NCBI RefSeq assembly: GCF_009914755.1
Contig: NC_060928.1
Length of the DNA: 64,000 bases
Origin: the human T2T-CHM13v2.0 reference genome, Homo sapiens
Strand: one strand, 5' to 3'
Positions within the stretch are counted from its first letter, which is position 1. Every line of letters starts with the position of its first letter. Positions 1 to 13,712 of the stretch are shown one piece after another. Made by a program: the position numbers and the translations under genes. The notes beneath the pieces were generated by a model, which was not told the DNA's origin, did no database searches, and was given only the letters and a program-made list of their open reading frames with translations.

Positions 1-460
1 CAAAGACTTGGATCCAACCCAAATGCCCATCAATGATAAACTGGATAAAGAAAATGTGGCACATAAACACCATGGAAGAGTATGCAGCCACAAAAAGAAA
101 AAAAAGAATGAGTTTATTTCCTTTGCAGGGATATGGACGAAGCTGGAAACCATCATTCTCAGCAAACACACAGCCACGAAAAACCAAACACCACATGTTC
201 TCACTCATAAGTGGGAGTTGAACAATGAGAACAAACAGACACAGAGAGGGGAACATCACACACCAGGGCCTGTCAGGGTGTGGAGGCCAAGGGGAGGGAG
301 AGCATTAGGACAAATAGCTAATGCATATGGGGCTTAAAACCTGGATGACTGCTTGATGGGTGCAGCAAACCACCATGGCACATGTATACCTATGTAACAA
401 ACCTACACGTTCTGCACATATATCCCAGAACTTAAATTATAATAAAAAAAGAAAAAAAAA
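1..460 (+). mobile_element. L1PA (about L1PA8-10) 3' end with poly(A), cut by the window edge
   Basis: ORF2 end/3'UTR motifs gaagctggaaaccatcattctcagcaaa, ttctcactcataagtgggagttgaacaatgag, gcagcaaaccaccatggcacatgtatacctatgtaacaaacc, then A tail. Confidence 0.93.
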
Positions 461-2330
461 TTATCCAGACTTAAACACAAAGAGTGAAAAAGCACGATAA
501 GCAAAAAAGCATAAAAGAGATCCACAGTAGACTGTGACAATTCAAGCAGTCTAGTACATATGTTATTTGAATCTTAGAAGAAAAAATAGAAAAGAATAAT
601 TATTTGAACAGATAATGACTGAATTTGCAAAAATACTGAAAAACAACAAATACAAGAACAAAACGTCAAGAAAACTGGTGTGGCCACATCAATGTCAGAC
701 AAAATAGATTTCACATTAAGGAATACTAACATGCACATTATATAATTATAAAATGGTTAATTCATCAAGAAGACATTACGATCTTAAATGTGAATGTACC
801 TAAAAATTTCATAACAGATGAAGCAAAAACTGACAGAAGTGAAATAGACAAATCCACAATACTTGAGGACACAAACATTCCTCTAATTGTCAGAGTAAAC
901 AGAAAATCAGTGAGGATATAAAATACTTAGACAACACTACCAACAACTTGACCTAACTGACACTTATAAAATGCTCTGCCTAACAATAGAGTACATATTT
1001 TTTCAAAGTGCTTATGGAATATTCACTAAGACAGCTTCTATGCTGACTCATAAAAGAAACCTTAACAAATTTAAAATAAATGAAATCATAACAAGTGCAT
1101 TTTCTGACCACAAGGAGATTGAACTAGAAATAACTAACAAACATATCTAGAATATTTCAAAATATTTGAAAATTAAACAATATACTTTCAAGTAATTGAT
1201 AAAGCAAAAAGAAAGTCACAAAGAACATTTATATTTATTTGAACCAAAATAAAATCACTAAACTATATATCAAAATATGCTTGGAGGAAAATTTGTTGTA
1301 TTAAATGTTTATGTCAGAAAAGAAGGTCTCAAATCAATTATCTAAGCTTTTACTTCATAACTAGAAAAAGGGCAAATTAAATCTAAAACAAGCAGGATAA
1401 AAAAAATGTGTCATAAACATAGCTGATGAAGATTTATTTTCCAGAATATATTAATCATGTGAGCAAATCAATATAAAGTAAAAACAATGGGAAAAAAACT
1501 ATCAATATATAAAAACAAGTAATTCAAATATATTAAACACAAATTACCCAGAAACATATTAAATGATTATCAACTTCACTAGTATCAGGGAAATGTAAAC
1601 TAAAACCAAATTATATATAAAATATAACCATCAATAAGTAAATATTTTAGTTTCAAAACCTCAAATATTGATGAAGATTTAGAGTAACATAAACTTTTAT
1701 AAACTGCAGCTACTCCAAACACAATGAAAAATAATTTGGTGATATCCAGTAAAGTTAAAAAGTAATTTCACTTCTAAGCATATAATGTAGATAAACTCTT
1801 ACAAATGCATATCAAAAGATAATTAGGAGAATGTTCATAGCAAATCAAGTTCTAATAAAATATTGAAAACAGGCTAAGTGTCCATCAACAAGAAGGTAGA
1901 TAATATTGTGATTTATTCATTCTTTACAGTAGAGAAAATGAGGAGCTCTTCATTTTATGAAGCAACATAGATAAACTTCACAAAGTACTGAGAAAAGAGG
2001 AGTGAGTGGCAGGAAGGCAGACAGAGAGAGAGACGATGGCACTTACAGACATTATTAAACACTGTAAAACAATACTCTTTGGTTCTATAGCTTGGTGCAA
2101 AAGTAATTGCTAATTTTGCCACTAAAAATAACCTAATATATTGCTTAAGGCTACATACACAAGAGGTACATTACAGAGAAATTAAGGAGGGGCATGATAA
2201 ATGTGATCAGGGAAGGGAACAAGTATTCTTCAACTCTATCAGGAAAGTTTTATTTCTTAAAACGGGTAATAGGAAAAAAAGTTTTTCTTTATATCTGTTA
2301 TGTTTTAAATAGTCATTATGAATTGAACTA
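461..2330 (+). mobile_element. Old fragmented L1M/L1ME element
   Basis: Degenerate ORF2 motifs (tcagacaaaatagatttc, caacttgacctaactgaca, ttttctgaccacaagga) in colinear order, then an L1ME-like 3'UTR. Confidence 0.8.
2087..2137. mobile_element. MADE1 (Hsmar1-derived MITE), internally deleted
   Basis: ttggtgcaaaagtaattgc matches the Hsmar1/MADE1 TIR; ends in aacctaata; most of the right arm is missing. Confidence 0.75.
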
Positions 2331-2339
2331 AAAAGAGGC

Positions 2340-3300
2340 AGAGTCATGTGTTGAGAGGAAATTCTGAAGCAGTGCGGTAGGAGCAGAGTTTTGAGCTGGT
2401 TTCTATGAGCACTGGGTAAGGAAACAAGCAAGCATGTGTCAAGGAAGTTGTATGGATCTGGCAGGGCGTGGAGACCACAGATTTGTGGGGGCCTCAGTCT
2501 GACTGGCTGTGAGACTTTCTCCAGCAGTGCTCGGCAGCCTGGAGAAGAAGGACAGTATAGTGGACACAGTGTTGGGATTTTGCCTGCTACTGCAGTGAGA
2601 AAAGAGTGAAGCACAGAATGTAGCATTCACAATGTGACCAAAGGGTCTCTAGGCTGGATTGGGAAACCATTAAAGAAGAAAGATGTAATATATTTAATCT
2701 ATTGGGAGATGAGAGAAGTATTCAGGTCTAAGTGATGAGAAGTGAGAAGTTCAGGGTACAGGCACAAAGTAAATAAGTGGCTGAAATGGAGTGGTGGTGT
2801 TAGTCTCTAGAGCCAGCAAGACAAAGAAACTATGCATCAATGGTGTTAGATGAGTAACTTGCATGAAAATTGAAATCACCCTGAAGGATCACAGTCACGG
2901 CCTGAGGACTAGGGAAAGACTGCGTGCCTAGTAGAAAAGTCTGGAGGACCAGGAGTTTGAACAATAAGCATAATAAATAGGAGTGAAGATATGTATAGCT
3001 AGGCATTTGTAATCGTAAATGAGATTATTACAACTTAAAGGGCATCTTGTGGCACGAGGAAAATGGTAACCCTGCCTCTGGGCTCTCTGATGTGTGGCCT
3101 GCCTACATGAGAGGAGGCAGCAAGGAGGTAGCCCTTATGAGAATAAAGCCAGGTTTCTATTAAGACAAAGAAACAAAGAAAACATTCCCCAAAGAAGTGG
3201 AAGGTGAAAAAGACTGTTTTTCATAGAAACAGAAGACTTCATGAACATTATGTTATATTTTAAAAGTGAGATGATTGGGAGAAGATAGTCATGGCCAACT
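2340..3300 (-). mobile_element. Ancient L2 fragment (endonuclease region)
   Basis: Minus strand near 2845-2890 translates ILQGDFNFHASYSSNT, resembling the L2 APE-endonuclease GDFN motif; purine-rich plus strand. Confidence 0.6.
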
Positions 3301-3591
3301 AAGTCCATAGCAAAACAGGATAATACAATAGGGAAAGATAAATGACAGAAAGTGCCTGCAGTGTAGGTGGTATCTCAGGATGACAGGGATGTGAGGCATC
3401 ACATGATTAGCTATATTCTTGGGTGCTGAATGGACCTCTGGTTAAATAGGTTTCCTGGCCTGTGCGGGCTGATGTCCAGGCATGGAGTGCTGGATGCTTG
3501 ATGATGCTACACACCTATGGCCCTTGTTTTGGTTTCCAAACAGTGCTTAGATATAAAGTGCCGAATCAATTATTATTTCCTATCCATCTCC

Positions 3592-3615
3592 AAAAAAAAA
3601 AAAAAAAAAAAAAAA
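3592..3615. repeat. A24 mononucleotide run
   Basis: Seen directly; no recognisable retroposon body attached. Confidence 0.95.
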
Positions 3616-4569
3616 CACCGAGCAAGTCTCAGTTACGCTGATGATGTAAACTTTCAATAGTGAAGCATTAAACTTGTTCACGTCACAACAATGTCACAAC
3701 ATTTCTGAAGCCAGGACTTCATTCTAGTAAACTAGATATATTTCACAATGTCAAATCACTTAAAAACCTTCTACACACCTGGAATTTGCAAGATAAGAGT
3801 GTGAATGGATAGGATCACACCTAGAAAATCTGGTTAAGTAAGGATCAGACAAATGCTAAATAATGTCAAGAAAAGGTAAAACCAGAAACACGATCCAGAT
3901 GGGGATTTGCCTTTGTCTTTTCTGTTCCTTTCCTCTCACTGGGAACAAGGAAAACTACTTTGAAGGCTACCATCATTGTAGGACAACTATATTCAGAATT
4001 TTGCAACCAGGTCCCTGTGCCCAATAACAGGAATGTATCCTAATTTAACATCATCCAAAAGTAACATAAATAAATAAATAAATAAAGTTTCAGGAGAAAG
4101 GTTCTCTTTGTGGAAAATGGCATAAATTGGCAAATTCTGTATTTTACCTGAAAAAATAAGCATGTATTTAAAGGTTAAAGGCATGCTGGCTTCTCACGGA
4201 GACCCCTGACCAGGCAGAAGATAATTCCCGTCAGGGCAATGGATGTACATGCATGGATGGGGAAATGTTTCTGCCCAGGAAAACCAATCGCATCAGGAGA
4301 CAATTGAATTCTCCAGGATGTCAGTATGGTTTTGCTAGCAATATTAAATTCAGTGAGGACCTGCTTTGTCACAATAAAAATAAAGATGAGAGTTGTCAGG
4401 GCTCCAGTATGACAAAATATCCTGAAGGCAACCATTCCAGCTGCAGACTAACACTGCAACTAGTTAGTGATGTTCTCCTCTTTACCGCGAGGAAGCAACA
4501 CTGACAGCAAACAGACAGAGAAGACCCATGGATCTAGCAAGACCAAACAGTAACAGTTTGTAAGCGTAT

Positions 4570-5030
4570 TGACACTTAAAATATGGTCCCTGGACAAGCA
4601 GCATCTGTATTACCCAGAAGCTTATTAGAAATGCAGAACCTTGAGCCACACTCTAGACTTACCACATTAGAATGTACATTTTAGGCCAGGTGTGGTGGCT
4701 CATGCCTGTAATCCCAGCACTTTGGGAGGTTGAGGCGGGTGGATCATGAGGTCAAGAGATTGAGACCATCCTGGCCAACATGGTGAAACCCTGTTTCTAC
4801 TAAAAATACAAAAATTAGCTGGGTGTGGTGGCGCATGCCTGTAATCCCAGCTACTTGCGAGGCTGAGACAGGAGAATCGCTTGAACCTGGGAAGCAGGTT
4901 GCAATGAGTCGAGATCGTGCCACTGCACTCCAGCCTGGTGACAGAGCAAGACTCTGTCCCAAAAAAAAAAAAAAGAAAGTACATTTTAGCAAAGGTGATT
5001 CTTATGCACACTTAATCTTGACAAGCATCA
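4570..5030. mobile_element. MER5A hAT-Charlie DNA transposon split by an Alu
   Basis: tggtccctggacaagcagcatc...cttattagaaatgcagaa on the left, aggtgattcttatgcacac on the right. Confidence 0.8.
4684..4973 (+). mobile_element. AluSc-like full-length Alu
   Basis: Dimeric Alu with aagagattgagaccatcctggcc and cctggtgacag; TSD agaa(t/a)gtacatttta at 4669-4683 and 4974-4988. Confidence 0.95.
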
Positions 5031-5861
5031 CATTAAGGCATAGAAGACCGCTTGGATTCTAGGCTCATAAATCAAAAGAGATGAATAGGGAATTCTGCCA
5101 GATAAAAAGCCAATGTGGGCTACAGGCCCACATTTACTTAACCAGACTTTCTAGACTATTGACTGGAGCTGTCCTGGATTCTAGCCTAGGCTTCAGTCTC
5201 TCCAGCAATTGGTTCATGTCCTACCATCAGCACTTCCCAGGCTGCCAGGGTCTCATAATCTCAGTTCTCTCTCCCTAGTGCTGGCCACTCACATTCCCTC
5301 TCATCCTCTGTAAGAAGTTGACCTCTTTGTGATGGACCCTTGCCATAGAGCAGCCCCGACCCAGCCTAGATTCTGTCCCCAGCTCTCACTCCCTTTCATC
5401 TTTGCTCTCCCCAGCCTCAGCTCTGCTGCCCAACTCTTGGCACCCCACTCAGCCCCTGGCAAGGACAGACCAAAGTACCTCTGGGGCTAAACAGAGCCAG
5501 TTCATGGCATGCCAAACTTAGGAATGTGTTGGAGGTTAGCAAGGACAGTTAGAGCACAGCTCACAATAACTACTGTCTTAATGTCATCAAAGTGGGATCA
5601 TCCAGAATTTAACAATTCACTAAAAGCAATGTGGGTTTTAGGACACGCTGCAGTTCAAACTAGTGTGTCACATAGAAACATGCAGAGGGAGAAGGAGGGA
5701 GACCAGAGATAGAATCAATTCTATAAAATACCATTGACTAGAACATCACACTTCCCTTTCCTCCTTGGAAATACCAAATCAGGAGAGGTGCTACTAATAT
5801 CCATCCATAATTTCCACAGAGTTCTATTTTTACTGCTGTTTGTGAAATTCATTTTAGTCAA

Positions 5862-6065
5862 CAGTAGCCACAATTTTCTGAGGACGTTTATGTGCCATGC
5901 TCTATGTTATCATTCTATATGCATTAAATTAATCCTTATAACAAATGTATTCAGTAACTTCAGCTTTCCAGATAAAAAACTAAAGATTACAAAGTAATTT
6001 CTTCCAGGATCCACTTACTAATTGGAGAAACACAGATGTGTACTGGAGTCTCCAATTCTAGAGCC
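5862..6065 (-). mobile_element. MIR
   Basis: Degenerate tatgtgccatgc...aatccttataacaa...cagataaaaaactaaag pattern. Confidence 0.6.
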
Positions 6066-6369
6066 CTTTCTCTTTCTATATGTCACCTGCTTTTCACACA
6101 CAAAAATTTTCAAACTTCTATTATTTCTTGAGAAAGAAATTAGGGCAGAGGGATAGAAAAAAAGGAGGAGGACTAGAAGACATGTATCTTATATTTGCTG
6201 TTTTTATTTATATTATTCTTTTTAAAATTAACTCCCCCCCCCAAAAAAAGTATAACCTATCAATGTAGCATTTAATATCCAAGTACTACAACCCATAGAC
6301 AGAAAAGTGAAAATCAAAACACGATAGGTGTATTTATGATCTTATTTATAGTATCCTGTGTGTTTGTGA

Positions 6370-6808
<439 letters not shown>

Positions 6809-6889
6809 CAAAATAGTTTCTAATGATTGGATACATCCAGTTCTCCAGATCCAGCATTCTGGTTACTTAACAAAGAGATAATAGTTTCT

Positions 6890-6895
6890 TTTATT
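6890..6895 (-). promoter_or_regulatory. Candidate AATAAA poly(A) signal for the putative minus-strand transcript
   Basis: First AATAAA I noticed on the minus strand after the 8192 stop codon (~1.3 kb); position only. Confidence 0.25.
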
Positions 6896-7185
6896 GCTTC
6901 TTTAAATTATAGGATGGCCTTTTGGAGATCACAATCCCAGTCAAGAAACGATTCCAAATCACAGTGAGTAATCCATGATCATTGGAACTGGCAAAATATT
7001 GACAGTTAAAAGGACAGCACACAAAGCAGCAAGGCAGAGACCTCAGCTGAACAAACAGAAGCACTGAGCTTTTGGTTCATTGTAAATCAGAGATCAGTTC
7101 TGTTATTCACTCGTTTCAAATTAGGATAAGAGTAATGTATATGAAGGGAAGGGGGTGCTCTGTCTATCTCTGTGACAAGGCACCC

Positions 7186-7494
7186 TTTTTTGGGTACATG
7201 TGCCCAACGTGCAGGTCTGATACATAGGTATACATGTGCCATGTTGGTTTGCTGCACCCATCAACTCATCATTTACATTAGGTATTTCTCCTAATGCTAT
7301 GATTCCCCTAGCCCCCCACCTGCCGACAGGCCTCTGTGTGTGATTTTCCCCACCCTGTGTCCAGGTGATCTCATTGTTCAGTTCCCACGAATGAGTGAGA
7401 ACATGTGGTGTTTGGTTTTCTGTCCTTGTGATAGTTTGCTCAGAATGATGGTTTCCAGCTTTGTCCATGTTCCAGCAAAGGACATGAACTCATC
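7186..7494 (-). mobile_element. 5'-truncated L1PA (about L1PA6-7) 3'UTR insertion
   Basis: Antisense L1PA 3'UTR; TSD gac(a/g)aggcaccctt at 7174-7187 and 7495-7508. Confidence 0.93.
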
Positions 7495-8191
7495 GACGAG
7501 GCACCCTTAATTGTGATAACTCAAATGGTATCAGATCTGAACCAGAATTTGAAGAGTTTCCAACAGTGACCCGATGTCCTGAAGGGAAGCACATGGACCC
7601 ACTTTGGGAATGCAGTGAGTCAGCCATCTGACTCGTTAGATTTTGTTCTGTGTCATTCAGCAAAAGGGAAAGCATCCTGAAGAATTACAAAGTGAAGATG
7701 GGAACACATGCTTGATGGAATCTCCATCTGTTCTTTGAAAGGGCTTAGCTAAATCTTTAAAATACGGGGGTAAAATGTTTCAACAGAAGGTAGAATTGAA
7801 GAGGTATAAAGAAACTGGTAGTCATCTCCTTTAAGGATGGGAACACCAAGGCTCAGAGACAAATCTGAAGAGTTTTTCATGTATCCAGCTGACCAGTGGC
7901 CACACGGGGATTAAAGAGGCCTTTTGTTTTGATGTGAGCTTTTTACTCTGCTGTTCAGTGTGTGACACTTTTGGTTGCTTCTCACATGTCATCTAAAGGA
8001 TAGAAACTTTCACAGGATGTTCTCAAAAAGACAAACTTCATGGAAACTTTTTCTTCTATAAATACTTCACCTGACACATTGGATTTTGCCTACTTAACAA
8101 AATATTGTGAAGCCTTGAGCCCCAAATATACTTGAAAATATAAAATTGCTATCACACAACAACGGTTTAAAAAAAAAATGGAACACGAGCA

Positions 8192-8256
8192 TTATATAAC
8201 AGTTTGCTGGATGGATAAAGACTTTTCAGTGCCTTTCTCTGACATCTTCTGGAAAT
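8192..8256 (-). CDS. Candidate terminal coding exon, (D)FQKMSEKGTEKSLSIQQTVI*
   Basis: Acceptor tattattttcctttacttag|AT; phase-1 start fits the 17920-17983 exon; TAA at 8192-8194; unique sequence. Confidence 0.45.
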
Positions 8257-9879
8257 CTAAGTAAAGGAAAATAATATATTGTCCACACCTAAGGTGACAG
8301 GTTTTTTTCTGATACTTTTCTTCAAACAAACTGAAAATTCCAAATACAGTGACTTCTAGCATCCTATCTCAGGAAGCAGAAATACATAAAGAAAATTAGA
8401 ATTTGGCTGGAGATTCTTTTTTCGCATGCACCAAAGTAGAGGACTCTAAAGAAATGTGGCCTCAGCACTGTCAGACGTTTCAAAATCCTTATGCACACAG
8501 CCATACACATGTACCCAAGATGAGTTAAATACATGTGCTAAAGCAAAACTAAAATTGAAGCTTTGATTATATCCTGAGGACATTTCTAATACAGACATCA
8601 TCACAAATTATTAATTCCTAGAGCTGACTGAATTCCTTATGATGATACTTCAGGTTCAAATTAGTATTGACTAAATTGTCTATAGTTTCTGATGATGGAT
8701 TACTCATTTTATTTTGAAATTTAACATTTCAAAGTAAGACAGATAATGAATTTAATTAAAATTTTATCTTCTGCTTTTTATTATGGCAGGCAAGAAAAAA
8801 TATATATACATGATTATTGTAATTTCACTTTAGCTCTCCAGAGAAGTTCATAGAGTGCCTGAGGTTATCTGCAAAGAATATAATATGACATAACTAACTT
8901 TTCTCTTTCCCTATTGTCTACTGCATACACATAATGCATCTTAATTCTTTTTACCACAAGCAGTTTCCTTACTCTTCAATATATACACAATCACGCAGTC
9001 TACCTTAAAATATTTATTCAATAATACTGCTCTACAGTGAGAATAAGAGCAAAAAATGAAAAATAAAAATTTAACTGCTAAACTCGAACTGGGTGGAATA
9101 TCTACAAGAATAAATAGAGTAAACAATGAAGCTCCAGGCCATTGTTCCACCTGCAAATTCATTCAGCATTTCTCTGAGCAACTCATGGGACTAGAGGAAA
9201 TCATGGACTGATTTAACAAATGCCTTGTGAAACACGGGTTAATTCTCTGTGATGAACTGGGGTATATAAAGGCTTGCCACTGAGGTAGTAGAAGGATAGG
9301 AGCTCAAATTTTGTGTAAAAGTATGATATGATTTATGTCACTGAACACTGAAAAAAACAACATGTGTAGACTTTCCTTCTTCCTTTCCCATCTTCTTAAT
9401 CTCAAGTAAAAGATCACTAGCTTTTAGGATTGTTTTGACCCTACGTGTCAGAAGTGAGTAAATATCATGATTAATTCATGCCATATGAATTTATTGAGCA
9501 CCTACTATATCGAGTTTATTGTTGTAAGTAGAAAAGTTTCCTTTCACATTCTGCCCTTGCCAGAGTACTGGCTTTCAACCTGTAATTAGTTAGCATAACC
9601 AACATAAAACTCATTTCTGCATACCTCCCTATGCACCCTCCCAACCCCTGAATGTGTTTACTACTTAAAACCCACTGATTCTTTCCCACTTCATGAACTA
9701 TTCTGATAATTTCTTGACAAGCTTTTATTCCCTTCTCTAGGCAAGTTAATATGTTTGTTTTTGAATGGCTGTTTTTTATTGTTTTGGAGTCTTTCCTGTA
9801 TTCATTAACACTATGTTAGTCTGCAGTGCTCATCTGGATCCGTCATGTCATACAGCATTTATCATCATAGTAATTCAAC

Positions 9880-10070
9880 ATGAGAGAGGTACAGCAAAGT
9901 GGTTGGGACCAATTATGGATCCAAACAGCCTAGGCCTTTTCATTTACTCTGGGACATTGGGCAATTTACTTAGCCATACCGTTCCTTATTCCCCCTTATA
10001 ATAAATTGGGAAAATGGTAATATCTAATTTTGGAGAGAATTGAATTCATACATGCAAAGTTGTTAATTGT
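9880..10070 (+). mobile_element. MIR
   Basis: ggacattgggcaatttacttagcc...ttataataaattgggaaaatggtaata core. Confidence 0.65.
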
Positions 10071-10274
10071 TTTATTTCTAGCCAAGATGCATCAGGGCAG
10101 CTAAAGGTTATACTTCACACTGAGTAGGAGTAAATACAATAAGCAAGCTACCTAAGGACTCTAAAAAAATAAGCTAAACAGGAAAATTGTTGAAAGGAGT
10201 TAAAATTTGGAGAAGTTAACCTTAATACAACGAAGTTTTCATTTTCCTCCTTTGTTTTCTCATGGTTTTGAACA

Positions 10275-11838
10275 ATTTTTATATTTTAAATTTTTGTGAG
10301 TACATAGTAGGTGTATGTATTTATGAGGTATCAAAACCTCATTATTTCATGATGTGAAATAATGACATCATGGAAAATGTGGCATCCATTCCCTCAAGCA
10401 ATTATCCTTTGTGTTACAAATAATTCAATTACACTATTTTAGTTATTTTAATATATACGATTAAGTTATTATCGACCATAGTCACTCTATTATGCTATCA
10501 AATATTAGGTCTTAATTCATTCTTTCTAATTATTTTCGTACACATTAACCATCCCCACCTGCCCCTAAAGATACTCTTCCTAGCTTACTGGTAACCATCC
10601 TTCTACCCTCTAAGTCTAAGAGTTCAATTGTTTTGATTTTTAGATCACACAAATAAGTGAGAACATATGATATTTGTCTTTCTGAGGTTGCCTGATTTCA
10701 CTTAACATAATGATCTCCAGTTCCATCCATGTTGTGAATGAGTGGATCTCATTCTTTTTTTATGGCTGAAGAGTACTCCATTGTGTATATGTACCACATT
10801 TTCTTTATCCATTCATCTGTTTATGGACACTTAGGCTGCTTCCAACTATTGTGAACAGTGCTATAACAAACATGGGAATGCAGATATCTCTTCTATATAC
10901 TGTTTTTCTTTCTTGTGGGTATATATCCAGCAGTGAGATTGCTGGATCATATGGTAGCTCTTTTTAGTCTTTTGAGGAAACACCAAACTGTTTTTCATAG
11001 TGATTGTACTAATTTACGTTTCCTCCAGCAGTGTATGGGGGTTCCCTTTCTGCACATTCTTGCCAGCATTTGTTATTTCCTGTCTTTTGGATAAAAAGCA
11101 TTTAACTGGGGTGAAATGATATATCATTGCAGTTTTGATTTGCATTTGTCTTATGATAAGTGATGTTGAGTACCTTTTCATATACTTGTTTGCTATTTGT
11201 ATGTCTTCTTTTGAGAAATGTCTATTCAAATATTTTGCCCATTTTTGATAGGATTATTAGATTTTTTTTCTATAGAGTTGTTTCAGATCCTTATATATTC
11301 TGATTATTAACCCCTTGTCTGATGGGCAGTATGCAAATATTTTCTCCCATTCTGTGAATTGTCTCTTCATATTATAGACTGTTTCCATCACTAAACAGAA
11401 ACTTTTTAACTTGATGTGATCCAATTTGTCCATTTTTGCTTGGTTGTCTATGCTTGTGGGGTACTCCTCAAGAAATATTGCCCAGAACAATGTCCTGGAG
11501 AGTTTTCCTAATGTTTTCTTGTAGTAGTTTTATAGTTTGAGGTCTTAGATGTAAATCTTTAATTCATTTTGATTTGTATATGGTGAGAGATAGGGATCTA
11601 GCTTCATTTATCTGCTTATGAATATACAGTTTTTCCAGCCTCATTTCCACAGTGTATGTTCTTGACAATTTTGTCAAAACTGAGTTCACTGTACGTCTGT
11701 GGCTTTGTTCTTGGGCTCTCTATTCTGTTTCATTGGTCTATGTGTCTGTTTTTATGCCAGTACCATGCTGTTTTTGTTACTATAGTTCTGTAATATAATT
11801 TGAAGTCAGGTAATGTGATTCCTCCAGTTTTGCTCTTT
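10275..11838 (-). mobile_element. L1MA1/L1MA2-like 3' fragment
   Basis: Antisense 3'UTR gtacatagtaggtgtatgtatttatg, catccattccctcaagc; ORF2 C-terminal remnants in ORFs 11014-11229 and 11257-11490. Confidence 0.9.
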
Positions 11839-11904
11839 ATGTTCTTCATATAGAATATAAAATATAAAGAACATAAAATTTCATTCAGTTTTGTTCTTTA
11901 TATA

Positions 11905-13712
11905 GAATCTATGTGCTATAATCTATAAACATTGATGAAAGAAATAAAATAAGATCTATTTAAATAGAGATACTGCGCTCATGGATTAGAAGACTCATTA
12001 TTGGTAAAAGGTCAACTTTGTCCAAACTGATCTATAGATGATTGAATATAAATAAATCAAAATCCAAGCAAGAATTTTAGTAGATATCAAGAAAAAGCTA
12101 ATTCTAAACCATATATGGAAAGGCAAAGAAAGGATAGCAAAAACAGTTTTGAGAAAGCAGAACAAAATCAGAGAACTCAACTACTTAATTTAAAAAATAA
12201 CAAGACCTTGGAAGAAGAATAGTTACCGAATAATAAGACAGAGACAATACATGCATACATAATCAATTATTTTTTTACAGATTCAAAGGCAATACAATGG
12301 ATAGAAAAAATAATTATTTAAATAAATAGTGTAACAATTGAATATCCATGTGCAAAAGAACAAAAAAACACATTTCAGACCTTATACAATCAACTCACTA
12401 TTAATAATCTAATTGTAAAACCTAAAACTATAAAGCTTATACAGGAAAATATAGAAGAAAATTCTATAGACCTTGGTAAAGATTTGTTAATATGACACAA
12501 AACATAGTACAGTCCATAAAAGAAAACCATTTGTAAAATTGACTTTATTGAAGTTGAAAACTTCCACTCTGTGAAAGACACTGTTGAGAAAATGAAAAGA
12601 CAAGCTACACATTGGAAAAAATATCTGCAAAACTTATATGTGATCAGGAATTTCAATATGGAATATTTAATGACCTTTTGAAACTCCATAAGAAAACAAA
12701 AATATTCACTAAAAAACAAGGGACAAATAATTTAAATAGACACTACACCAAAGAAAACATATAAGATATATTGATGCTAAATAAGCACATGGAAAAAATG
12801 TTGTGTCATTAGTCATTAAGAATATATAAATTAAAACAACAGAGAACTATCACTACATACATATTAGAATAACTATCAATCATTCTCAAGACTGACAATA
12901 CCAATCTCTGGTAAGGGTGTTAACCAACCTTCCAATGTATGGATCTCTCATACACTGCAAGTGGGAATGCAAAATAGTATAGTTACTTTGGGAAAATATC
13001 TGCTAGTTTTGTTTGTTTGTTTGTTTTTGTTTTTTAAAGACAGTGTTTCACTCTGTTGCCCAGGCTGGTCTCAAACTCTTGAGCTCAAGCAATCCTCCCA
13101 CCTTGGCCTCCCAAAGTGTTGAGATTCCAGGCGTGAGCTACCATACCTGCCCCTGTCTGGTAGTTTCTTATAAAATTAAATACACACCTACAGTATGACT
13201 CAGCAATCTAACTTCTAGGTGTTTAGTCAAGAGAAATGAAATCTTTGATTACTCAAAAACCTGGACACAGATGCTTTTAGTGGCTTTTAAAAAATAACTA
13301 AAAATCCAAAACAATCCTAAAGATCTTCAAATAGTAAAAGGACAATTTTACAGTGATAAACCTGTAAAATAAAGTTAAAAAGGAATAAAGAGACAAATGG
13401 GTGAACGTCAAGCACAATATGTAAGTAAAAGGTGGCCAGCTCAAAAGGCTGTGTACTGTATAATTCTATTTTAATGGCATAAATAAAATAGGCAGAATTA
13501 TAGGTATAGAAAAAGTCCAGTAAGTAAGCAGAAGAGTTTGACCATAAATGGACAGGAAGAGGGAAGTTTTGTGGGATAATGTTAAGTGTTCTGTGCCTTG
13601 ATTGTAGTGGTGGCTGCGCAAATGTGTGCATTTGTCAAAACTCAAAGAACTATATGCCAAAAGGTGAAAAATTTACTGTATGCAAATTTTAAACAGTGAA
13701 TAAAAACAAAAA
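11905..13712 (+). mobile_element. Old L1M (L1MC/MD/ME-like) ORF2 end and 3'UTR
   Basis: gctcatggattagaagactca, aaaacctaaaactataaagctt, catttgtcaaaactcaaagaact 3' terminus. Confidence 0.85.
13005..13152 (-). mobile_element. FLAM-like Alu monomer
   Basis: Single left-arm monomer with a (TTTG)n tail; flanking tctg(c/g)tagttt duplication. Confidence 0.85.

Noticed and set aside
2087-2137. miR-548-type hairpin from MADE1
   Set aside because: The right arm is mostly deleted, so no long stem can form.
3635-4500. Minus-strand acceptor-like sites near 3779, 4148 and 4500
   Set aside because: Plausible AG sites but weak or absent donors and no convincing reading frame; cannot be separated from chance.
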